In this document: piece by piece, positions 18,997-27,048 of the stretch
Numbering within the stretch: the stretch's first letter is position 1
How the letters are laid out: every line of letters starts with the position of its first letter
Origin: Actinomycetales bacterium
GTDB lineage: Bacteria; Actinomycetota; Actinomycetes; Streptosporangiales; Streptosporangiaceae
Assembly (NCBI GenBank): GCA_044507605.1
Contig: JBIQJI010000008.1
Location: forward strand, 26,395-90,394
DNA: 64,000 bases
Reading direction: 5' to 3'
Translations under genes and position numbers: made by a program
Notes under the pieces: generated by a model
Told to the model about the DNA's origin: nothing
Databases searched by the model: none
What the model saw: only the letters and a program-made list of their open reading frames with translations

Positions 18997-19932
18997 TCAG
19001 CTCGCCTCCCTGAACTGGTGCCACAGGTAGACGCCGAGCACGGCCAGCACGATGATCACGATGGCGACGCCGAGCATCGAGGCGTAGCCGAAGAAGCCGT
19101 ACCGGAACGCCTCCTCGTAGGCGAACAGCATCGGCAGCCGGGTGCGCCCGCCGGGGCCGCCCTGGGTGAGCACGTACACCAGGCCGAACTGGTTGATGTT
19201 CCACACGAAGTCGAGCGAGGTGATGGCCGCGATGACGGGACGCAGTTGCGGCAGGGTGATGTGCCAGAAGCGCCGCCAGGCGCGGGCGCCGTCGACCTCG
19301 CCGGCCTCGTACAGCTCCTTGGGGACGTTCTGCAGCCCGGCGAGCAGCACGACGGTGGTCTGCGGCATGCCGATCCACACGCCCACGACGATCACCGCCG
19401 GGAGCGCGAGGCCGATGTCGTTGAGCCAGTCGATGTCCTGGTGCAGCAGGCCGATGTCGCGCAGCGTGGCGTTGAGGATGCCGGCGTTGGGGTGATAGAC
19501 CAGGCGCCACATCAGCCCGATGACGACCGGCGGCATCGCCCACGGCACCACCGCCAGCACCCGCGCGAAGCCGCGGAACCGCAGGTCCTGGTCGAGCAGC
19601 AGGGCCAGGCCGAGCGAGGCGCAGAACTGCAGGAACGTGACCGAGACCGCCCAGATCATGCCGATGCGGAACGATGACCAGAAGTCGCCGTCGGACATGA
19701 GGTCGAAGAAGTTGGCGAGGCCGACGAACGACGTCTCGGCGTTGCGGCCGGAGCGGGCGTCGGTGAAGGCCAGGTAGACGCCGTAGAGCAGCGGGCCGAG
19801 GCTGAACAGCGCCACCGGCACCAGCGCAGGCAGCATCAGCAGCAGCATTTCGCGCCGCCGCCTGGCCGCCACACGGCGGATCCGTGCCCTGGCGTCCGCC
19901 GGTCCGGTCGCGCGGGAGGCCGTCATGGTCAT
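18997..19932 (-). CDS. Carbohydrate ABC transporter permease (MalF-like)
   Basis: EAA loop VPKELYEAGEVDGARAWRRFWHITLPQLRP. ATG 19932 overlaps the LacI stop (ATGA). Confidence 0.9.
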   Translation of the reverse strand: MTMTASRATGPADARARIRRVAARRRREMLLLMLPALVPVALFSLGPLLYGVYLAFTDARSGRNAETSFVGLANFFDLMSDGDFWSSFRIGMIWAVSVTFLQFCASLGLALLLDQDLRFRGFARVLAVVPWAMPPVVIGLMWRLVYHPNAGILNATLRDIGLLHQDIDWLNDIGLALPAVIVVGVWIGMPQTTVVLLAGLQNVPKELYEAGEVDGARAWRRFWHITLPQLRPVIAAITSLDFVWNINQFGLVYVLTQGGPGGRTRLPMLFAYEEAFRYGFFGYASMLGVAIVIIVLAVLGVYLWHQFREAS

Positions 19933-20945
19933 GCGGGCGCCTCCGTCCCGGCCGTCGAGCCGCGCACCACCAGCCGGGGCGCGACCGTCACCACCCTCGC
20001 CGCGCGGTCGCCGTCGGCGAGCCGGTCGAGCAGCAGCTCCGCCGCCGCCCGGCCACGCTCGGCCGAGCCGAGCGACACGCTGGTCAGCGCCGGCCACGTC
20101 ACGGTGGCGAGGTCGGTGTCGTCCATGCCGACCACGGCCACGTCCTCCGGCACCCGCCTGCCCTGCTCGCGCAGCACGTCGAGCGCGCCGAGCGCGATCA
20201 GGTCGTTGGCGCACATCAGCGCGTCCAGGTCACCGGCCCGGGCGAGCAGCCGACGCGCCGCCGCGGCCCCCTCGGCGCGGTAGAAGTCCCCCACCTCGGT
20301 CAGCGTCTCGTCGTACGGCAGCCCGAGCGCGACCAGCGCGTCGGCATAGGCCGCGCCGCGGGCCGAGCCGGGCACGGTGTCGAGCGGCCCGTTGAGGAGC
20401 CCGATGCGCCTGCGGCCCAGTGCGTACAGGTGCTTGACGGCGAGCCGCACGCCCGTGCGCGAGTCGGTCCTGACGTTGTCGGCGCCGGTGCCGTCGGGCA
20501 GCGAGCCGATGATCACGACGGGCGCCCGTGCCGCCCTGATCGCCTTCAGGTGCTCGGTGGTCACCCGCAGCGGGGACATGATCAGTCCGTCGACGTACCG
20601 CTCCCCCAGCGCCCGCAGCACGTCGAGCTCGTCGGCGGCGTCGGCGTCGGTCGAGTGCAGCACGAGCCGGTACCCCGCGGCCTTGAGCACGCGCTGGATC
20701 TCGCGCACCATCGCCAGGTACGTCGGGTTGCCGATGTCGGCCATCGCGAACGCGACCTGGTTGGTGCGCCGCGACTTCAGCGACCTGGCCACGGAGTTGG
20801 GCACGTAGCCCAGCTCCTCGGCCGCCGCGAGCACCCGGCGCACCGTCTCCTGCCTGGTCGGCAGGCCGTTGAGCACACGCGACACCGAGGCGATGGACAC
20901 ACCTGCGCGGTGCGCGATCGTGGTGATCGTCGGCTCGCGGCTCAA
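19929..20945 (-). CDS. LacI family transcriptional regulator
   Basis: N-terminal HTH PTITTIAHRAGVSIASVSRVLNG followed by a periplasmic-binding-fold effector domain. TTG 20945 is preceded by GGAGGA at about 6-nt spacing. ORF 19929..21053 extends further upstream but runs over the operator sites. Confidence 0.85.
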   Translation of the reverse strand: MSREPTITTIAHRAGVSIASVSRVLNGLPTRQETVRRVLAAAEELGYVPNSVARSLKSRRTNQVAFAMADIGNPTYLAMVREIQRVLKAAGYRLVLHSTDADAADELDVLRALGERYVDGLIMSPLRVTTEHLKAIRAARAPVVIIGSLPDGTGADNVRTDSRTGVRLAVKHLYALGRRRIGLLNGPLDTVPGSARGAAYADALVALGLPYDETLTEVGDFYRAEGAAAARRLLARAGDLDALMCANDLIALGALDVLREQGRRVPEDVAVVGMDDTDLATVTWPALTSVSLGSAERGRAAAELLLDRLADGDRAARVVTVAPRLVVRGSTAGTEAPA

Positions 20946-20972
20946 GGGCGCTCCTCCCTGGTTCAGCCTACG

Positions 20973-20984
20973 GTAAACGTTTAC
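20973..20984. promoter_or_regulatory. LacI-type operator, perfect 12-bp palindrome GTAAACGTTTAC (site 1)
   Basis: Perfect palindrome with the central CG typical of LacI/GalR operators, 28 bp upstream of the LacI start. Confidence 0.65.
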
Positions 20985-21004
20985 AGTGCCCCCCGCAGCG
21001 ACCT

Positions 21005-21016
21005 GTAAACGTTTAC
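21005..21016. promoter_or_regulatory. LacI-type operator, identical palindrome GTAAACGTTTAC (site 2)
   Basis: Second identical copy 32 bp from site 1. Flanks extend it to TGTAAACGTTTAC. Confidence 0.65.
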
Positions 21017-21273
21017 GGGATGGGGAGCACCATGAAACCGCCCAGGGACACACCCCGTCAAGTCACGATCACGTAAAGGCGCGCCTCCGGGTGCGGGGGC
21101 GGCCCCGGAGCGGCCCGGCCCGGCCGCGCAGCGCACTAATTGACATCTCCGCTAATATCAGCCCAAATCCCCATACAGACGGGTCGTAATTGACGATTGA
21201 TCAAGTAACTGCATACCAGGCTGCAACCTCTCTGAGATATATTTTCCCACCAGATAACGGAAGGGTGGGGCGG

Positions 21274-22161
21274 ATGTGGGGATTGCGCATCCTCGGGCTC
21301 ACGCTGCTCGTCCACTGTGTCATCGGAGGCATCGGATCGATGCTGTTCCCCGGCCCGCCCGCGTATGCGTCGGCGACCCCTGATCCCACGCCCGAAGACC
21401 TCACCGCGTCCGCCCGTCACGCACGCTGCCTGGACCAGGAGAAACGCGACGACCTCGCCCGTGCGGCCGTCATGCAGAAAGTCGCACCGCGTCTGATCGG
21501 CACCGACAAACTGAGCCGTGGTAAGGGATATATTACGTTGGAGCAATGGCTCGCCACCGACGAACGGACATTCGACCGGCTGTGCTCCGCGCTGCTCGGC
21601 CTTGACGACAAAACCAAAGACGATTCCGGCGACGGGACCTGGTCGACGCTGCTCCAGACGATCGCGGCGGTGGTGTTCGGCTCCGCGGGCACGCTGTTCG
21701 TGTCGTCGTGGCAGGGGCGTAAGGCGCTGGGCAAGGAGCTGCGGACCGCCTCGAATCACTTCCACCACGCCTTCTCCGTCTATCTGCGCGGCTGGGAAAC
21801 CACCGGATTCACCGATGCCGACGCGCTGGCCGACGCTCGCTCGCAGCTGCGGAACAAGCTGGGCGACGTCCAGGATGCCAAGCCGCACTGGCGGCGGCCC
21901 CGCCAGCTCCTGGAGCTCCTCGACGCCCCCGCCCTCGAGGAAGGCGACAACGCCCTGTGGACGGAGCAGACGCAGGACGAGCGCCATCGGCACGCGACCG
22001 AGATGAGGGATCGGCTGGAGATGTTCCGGCGGGACGTGGACAAGCTGGGCATCGCGCTCCAGCATCCCCGGCCGCTGAGTTTCCGTCGCTCCGCCGCGAG
22101 CTACCAGGCCGCGCTTCGGGACGGCCTCCTCAAGGCCGCGCCGACGGACCCCGCCGCCTGA
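21274..22161 (+). CDS. Hypothetical signal-anchored / two-TM membrane protein (cassette gene 1)
   Basis: ATG 21274 is preceded by GGAAGGG. Signal-like MWGLRILGLTLLVHCVIGGIGSMLFPGPPAYASA and a second TM WSTLLQTIAAVVFGSAGTLFVSSW, followed by a charged helical tail. The stop lies 1 nt before the next start. The ORF track begins at TTG 21190. Confidence 0.6.
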   Translation: MWGLRILGLTLLVHCVIGGIGSMLFPGPPAYASATPDPTPEDLTASARHARCLDQEKRDDLARAAVMQKVAPRLIGTDKLSRGKGYITLEQWLATDERTFDRLCSALLGLDDKTKDDSGDGTWSTLLQTIAAVVFGSAGTLFVSSWQGRKALGKELRTASNHFHHAFSVYLRGWETTGFTDADALADARSQLRNKLGDVQDAKPHWRRPRQLLELLDAPALEEGDNALWTEQTQDERHRHATEMRDRLEMFRRDVDKLGIALQHPRPLSFRRSAASYQAALRDGLLKAAPTDPAA

Positions 22162-22162
22162 C

Positions 22163-23296
22163 ATGTCGAACCCCCCGACTCCCAGCCTGCTCCCCGGCCC
22201 GCAGCCGGGCGCGGCGACCCACCGCAACCCGTACCTGCCTCCCGGGCAGGAGGAGGCGACGGCGAACGACCACGTCGCGATGCTGCGGCCGTGGCGCAAC
22301 CGGCTGCACCACGACTTCTACGTCGTCCTGGCGGCCGTCGCGGAGAGCCACGAGAGGTTCCGCGGCAGGTTCAGGGATCCGAACGTCGTGCTGGAGCAGG
22401 GGCAGCTCATCACGGTGACCGGTGCCCGGGGCACGGGAAAGAGCGCCTTGCTCCACCGGTTCGCGGGGCTGCTGGCCTACTCCAGCCCGAAATACTCGCG
22501 AGGCGATCCGGCGGACGTGTCCGGCGGGCTCCCCGGCCGGCTGGACGGCCAGATGCCGCTGATAGCGGACCTGAGCGAGGCCCACGCCCTGAACGTTGTC
22601 CCGCAGGACGCGACGCCGCTGGACGAAGGGCGGACGAAGGAGCAGAACATCTACGAAGCCGTGATCGCCGACCTCAAGAGCCAGCGCAAGCTCACCGAGG
22701 CCGAGGCCGACCGGCTGCGGACGGACGCCATCATCATCGACCAGCGGTGCCGGGCGGACGTGCCCCGTGGCTACGAGAAGCTGGCGGACGCCCTGGAGGA
22801 CAAGAACGCCGTCCTCGTGGTGCTGCTGCCGCCCATCGACAAGGTCGGCGAGTTGAACTTCTACCTGCGCATGGCCAGGAAGCGCCTGGTCTTCATGGCC
22901 GAAAGCGTCGCGCTGGCCGACCGTGCCGACCTGGCGAGCATGGTCAAGGGCATGCATTACTCCGCGTTCACCCATCTGCGCACCGGGATGCTGACGGCCG
23001 CGGACATCAGGCGGTTCATCGCCGCCCGGCAGAACCGCGCGGCTCAGGACGGCCGCCCGTGGGTGACGGTCACCGACGAGGTGATCGAGCAACTGTGCGT
23101 GCGCTTCGCCGGCCAGACGGTGGAGCAGCTCCGCGGCGCCCTCTGCGAGCTGTGCCACGTGGCGATCACGGGCTCGGGCGTCGTCGACATCGCGCTGTAC
23201 AGGGAGTACTCGCGCCAGGAGTTCTTCCTGGCCAGCGCGATGCGCAGGGTCCGGCGCGACGGCGGGCGCAAAGGCCCGAAGGGCACGAAGGGGTAG
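22163..23296 (+). CDS. Hypothetical P-loop NTPase (cassette gene 2)
   Basis: Walker A GARGTGKS (22421-22444). Walker-B-like AVLVVLLPPID. No further family is recognisable. Confidence 0.7.
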   Translation: MSNPPTPSLLPGPQPGAATHRNPYLPPGQEEATANDHVAMLRPWRNRLHHDFYVVLAAVAESHERFRGRFRDPNVVLEQGQLITVTGARGTGKSALLHRFAGLLAYSSPKYSRGDPADVSGGLPGRLDGQMPLIADLSEAHALNVVPQDATPLDEGRTKEQNIYEAVIADLKSQRKLTEAEADRLRTDAIIIDQRCRADVPRGYEKLADALEDKNAVLVVLLPPIDKVGELNFYLRMARKRLVFMAESVALADRADLASMVKGMHYSAFTHLRTGMLTAADIRRFIAARQNRAAQDGRPWVTVTDEVIEQLCVRFAGQTVEQLRGALCELCHVAITGSGVVDIALYREYSRQEFFLASAMRRVRRDGGRKGPKGTKG

Positions 23297-23308
23297 AGAG
23301 GCGACCGT

Positions 23309-25567
23309 ATGCCGCGCATGCAGAATCCGTTTCCGGTGACACCCGCCCTGCGTCTGTCCCCTTTCCAGCTGACCACCCCGCCCGGCGCGGACTTCACGGT
23401 CGTGACGTCCGCGACCGAGGACGCCCGCGACTATGTGGAGAGCTACCTCGACGAGGCGGACCGATGGGAGGCCGAACGCGCGGCCGGGGCCGAGCCGCCG
23501 CCGCTGTCGGGCAGGGTGCTCGGGGTGTCCGGCGACTACGGGTCCGGGAAGACGCACCAGCTCATCGACATCGCGCGGCTCGTCCACGAGTCCGGTGCCC
23601 GGGAGCACGGCGCGAAGGTCCGGCTGCTCCTGCTGGACGCGCCTCGCGGCGGCATCGCTGCGGCCTACCGCGACCAGCTCATCGGCCAGTTCGACCCGGA
23701 CGCCATCGTCGAGCTGCTCAAGGACTACCACGGCGACACGGTCGCGGAGGGGGTGGAGAACGTACCGTTCCCGCCCGGCAGCGAAGCGGAGGACGGCAAG
23801 CGGGCCATCGCCCGCGGCCTGCGGCAGGGCGAGCTCGACCCCGAGGGCGTCACCCAGGCGTACCTGCTGTCGGCAAGCGACATCGAGGCGCGGCTGGCCA
23901 CACGGCTCAGGGGCGTCGCCGAACACTGGGAGTTCGCCAAGGCGCTCACGCTGATGCTCGACCCACCGTCGCGGGACGCCGCCTGGCGCTGGTTCCGCGG
24001 TGACGCCCCGGGGAAGGAGCTGCGCGACAACGGGATCACGGCGTCGATCGCCACCGAATCGATGGCCTACGACGCGCTCGCCGTCCTCGCGTTCCTGCAC
24101 GGGCGCCGGGGCCAACGCATCGTCTTCATCGTCGACGAGTTCGAGAAGCTGCTGGAGGACACGGAAGTCGGACGGCTCGCCTCGCTCCAGGCGTTCGAAC
24201 GGCTCGCAGGCGTCTTCATCGACGCCGGCTGCCTGCTCGTCTTCTCCGCGTCGAAACAGGCCATCGGCCGGCTGTCCGGCGGCCTGCGGGAGCGCACGTA
24301 TCACGTCTCGCTGGCGCCGCTCGACCGCGCGGAGACCGAGCGGCTGATCGAGGGGCACCTGTCCGGGCTGGTGTCGCGCGGGGACGAGGTCTTTCCCGAG
24401 CCCACGGTGACATGTGTCGGCGACCTCGGCGAGGGCAACCCCCGCCGCGTCATCTCGCTGTGCCGGGGCGGGTTCCGGCTGGCCGCCGCCAGGCCGGGGG
24501 GTGACGCGGAGGTGACGGTGACCGAGGACAACGTCCGCGCCTTCGCCCACCAGGAGTACGAGCGGTTCTCCCTGCCCGAGGCCGTGAGCGCCGCGCGCGA
24601 CATCCTGCAGGCCGACGGCTGGCCGCTGCCGGCCGACGACCACCTAGGGTCGCGCCCGCCGGTGGACTTCTGGGTCGACGCCGACGACGCAGTCATCGCG
24701 GTCATCGTGACCGACTCGCTGCTGAGCAGGCAGGACGCCGAAACGCTCTTCGGGCGCGTGAGCGACGCCGAGCTGCGCGCCTCACCACAGCCGTGTCAGA
24801 CCATCATCGTGGTCAACGGGCACGTCTCGCGGTCCGCTCGGGACGCCGTGGTCCAGCGCATCGGGCGCAACCCGGTGATCCATCAGGGCACGGGGTTCGG
24901 CAACGACTTCCGCGCGGCGCTCCTCGACGCCCACCGGCGGCTGCACAACCAGGCCCGGCGCGACGACCTCGCCAAAATCCGCATCACGGTGGAGCAGATC
25001 CTCCGGCAGCAGGAACGGACGCAGCACGCGATCGACAGGCTGCGACGGCGGAGCGGCGCGCGGACCGCCGCGGAGGGGGCCGACGCCGGACCCGGCCCGT
25101 CCCAGGCCGGGTCGGCGCTGCCGGGGCACGTCGACGACGACGCCGTGGCAGGGCTGCCCCGCGAGGTCCTCGACGAGTTCCGGCGCGCTCGGGACGAGAT
25201 CCCGGTCGACCGCGACATCGAGCACCCGTTCGACCACCTGTTCCGGCAGCCCGGCGACGGCGAGCGGACCGCTTCGCCCCGCCGGGCCATGCGCCGGGAC
25301 CGGTTCGAGGACATCGGCGTCATCTGGACGACTGAGCAGCTGGTGCTCGCGTTCCGCGACGCCGTCGCGCGCTGGTACGCGGCCGGGCCGCAGGACGGCA
25401 CCGGGAGAGGCGACGCCGAGCGGGAGGAGGAGCTGCGCCACATCTGCCGGATGTACGAGTCGGCCGCCGAGGACGTGCTGCCGCTTCTGTTCAGGAGGCA
25501 TGCCTACACCGGCACCGGCCCGCTGGAGCAACTGGGTTCGCGCGTGCGTGAGCTGCTGTTACGGTGA
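23309..25567 (+). CDS. Hypothetical AAA+/ORC-like P-loop NTPase with extra C-terminal domains (cassette gene 3)
   Basis: Walker [10 protein letters not shown] (23531-23557). Walker [13 protein letters not shown] (24116-24151). Sensor-1-like CLLVFSAS. Lid motif [16 protein letters not shown]. About 300 further residues of unknown fold. Confidence 0.75.
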   Translation: MPRMQNPFPVTPALRLSPFQLTTPPGADFTVVTSATEDARDYVESYLDEADRWEAERAAGAEPPPLSGRVLGVSGDYGSGKTHQLIDIARLVHESGAREHGAKVRLLLLDAPRGGIAAAYRDQLIGQFDPDAIVELLKDYHGDTVAEGVENVPFPPGSEAEDGKRAIARGLRQGELDPEGVTQAYLLSASDIEARLATRLRGVAEHWEFAKALTLMLDPPSRDAAWRWFRGDAPGKELRDNGITASIATESMAYDALAVLAFLHGRRGQRIVFIVDEFEKLLEDTEVGRLASLQAFERLAGVFIDAGCLLVFSASKQAIGRLSGGLRERTYHVSLAPLDRAETERLIEGHLSGLVSRGDEVFPEPTVTCVGDLGEGNPRRVISLCRGGFRLAAARPGGDAEVTVTEDNVRAFAHQEYERFSLPEAVSAARDILQADGWPLPADDHLGSRPPVDFWVDADDAVIAVIVTDSLLSRQDAETLFGRVSDAELRASPQPCQTIIVVNGHVSRSARDAVVQRIGRNPVIHQGTGFGNDFRAALLDAHRRLHNQARRDDLAKIRITVEQILRQQERTQHAIDRLRRRSGARTAAEGADAGPGPSQAGSALPGHVDDDAVAGLPREVLDEFRRARDEIPVDRDIEHPFDHLFRQPGDGERTASPRRAMRRDRFEDIGVIWTTEQLVLAFRDAVARWYAAGPQDGTGRGDAEREEELRHICRMYESAAEDVLPLLFRRHAYTGTGPLEQLGSRVRELLLR

Positions 25568-26908
25568 CCTGCGGTCGAGGGCACAGCCGGGCTCGGCAGC
25601 GTCCTCAGCAGTGTTCTCGCAGGTGTCCTCGCAGGTGTCCTCGGCGATGGGTGCGCCGGTGGTCCCGGCGATGGGCTCGGCGATGGGCCCGCCTGCGGGT
25701 TCGGCGATGGGCTCGCCGGTGGGTTCGCCGAAGACGTAGCGGCCCCGGGGCCGGCCGGCGATGCGCTCGAGAATGTCCAGGCGGTCGTCCCACAGTGCGT
25801 TGGTCACGATGTGCAGCACGTTGACGGTCAGGATGGCCGGCGCGACGATGGCGACGGCGTCGGGGAAGCTCGGCTCCAGCGCCAGCGCCAGCAGGATCGC
25901 GGTGATGCCGTTCTGCTGCCCCAGCGCCAGGTAGACGCGGTCGGTGCGGGTCATGCGCCGGGCGATCAGCCACCCCACCACGATCTGCGCGCCGAAGGCG
26001 GCGGCGCCGAGCGCCAGGCCGGGAACGATCTGGACGCCGCCGAGCAGCAGCACACCGAGCGCGAACGTGGCGAGGGCGAACGCCACCGAGATGGCGCGGT
26101 CGAGGACGACCGGCTCGTCGAGCCGGAGGAACAGCCCGATCAGCGCGATGCCGAGCAGCAGGAACTGCCACGAGGCCACGCCCACCAGCAGCGCCACCAC
26201 GGCGATCGAGCCGGCGCGGACCCATGGCCGCGCCTGCAGCGGCGCCTGCGCGGGCCGGCGGCTCGCCCAGCGCCGCACGACCAGCAGGCCGAGCCACACG
26301 ACCAGCACGAAACCGAGGTTGCGGCCGATGTTCACGAGGTAGGAGCCGATCCCGGTGTCGCCGAGGACGGCCGCCGCCACGCCTCCCGCTCCGCCCGGTG
26401 TCGCGGCGAGCGCCCACGCCGAAAGGTAGACGGTGAGCAGCGCCGTGATGGGGTCGTCGAACGACGCCCACGCCAGCAGCAGCCCTTTACCGCGTTCGGA
26501 CATCCGGGAGCGGCCGAGCAGGGCGGACACCGAGAGCGGGTCGATCTGCGCGACGGCGATGCCCAGGACGAGGGCCGTGGGGTCGCGGAACAGGGCGTAC
26601 ATCACGCCGGCGATGAGCGCGGTCTTGAGCAGCACGCCGAGCGTGACCGCCAGCACCACCGTGCCCAGGTCACGGTAGACGGCGCGGGGGATGCCCGAGG
26701 CGCTGCCGTAGAGGCCTAGGGCGAGCAGGGTCGTGATGGCCTGCAGGTAGATCGGGCTGTCCGCCACCTCGCCCATGCCGGCGACACGCGCGACCGCGTA
26801 GCCGAGGACGGCGATGCCCACGGTGGCCGTGAGCCGCCGCGCGGCGGGCCCCGTGATGATCGTGCGCAGCGTGGGCACGTCGGCACCTCCGCCCGCCCCG
26901 TCCGTCAC
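25559..26908 (-). CDS. Cation:proton antiporter (Na+/H+ exchanger family)
   Basis: About 11-12 TM helices. Contains [18 protein letters not shown] (the DD motif region of the CPA family). Acidic repetitive C-terminal tail. Confidence 0.8.
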   Translation of the reverse strand: MTDGAGGGADVPTLRTIITGPAARRLTATVGIAVLGYAVARVAGMGEVADSPIYLQAITTLLALGLYGSASGIPRAVYRDLGTVVLAVTLGVLLKTALIAGVMYALFRDPTALVLGIAVAQIDPLSVSALLGRSRMSERGKGLLLAWASFDDPITALLTVYLSAWALAATPGGAGGVAAAVLGDTGIGSYLVNIGRNLGFVLVVWLGLLVVRRWASRRPAQAPLQARPWVRAGSIAVVALLVGVASWQFLLLGIALIGLFLRLDEPVVLDRAISVAFALATFALGVLLLGGVQIVPGLALGAAAFGAQIVVGWLIARRMTRTDRVYLALGQQNGITAILLALALEPSFPDAVAIVAPAILTVNVLHIVTNALWDDRLDILERIAGRPRGRYVFGEPTGEPIAEPAGGPIAEPIAGTTGAPIAEDTCEDTCENTAEDAAEPGCALDRRSP

Positions 26909-27048
26909 CCGACTCGGCGATCGGCCGAGGCTGCGAAAGGGCGGTTCCTCATCAGTTTTCCGATTATGGATAGTTTACCGGCAGAGCTCGGCTCGTTACA
27001 GGTGAACCGATCTTATGAAACCGGAAACCTCATCGGTACGCTGAATGT

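Noticed and set aside
20946-21053. Longer LacI start (ORF from 21053)
   Set aside because: It would translate through both operator palindromes and add a non-homologous 36-aa N-terminus. TTG 20945 has a GGAGGA Shine-Dalgarno sequence and places the HTH at the usual position.
21190-21273. TTG start at 21190 for cassette gene 1
   Set aside because: The TTG lies inside the repeated TAATTGAC promoter-like motif in AT-rich DNA. ATG 21274 has a GGAAGGG ribosome-binding site and begins directly with a signal peptide. The longer form cannot be fully excluded.
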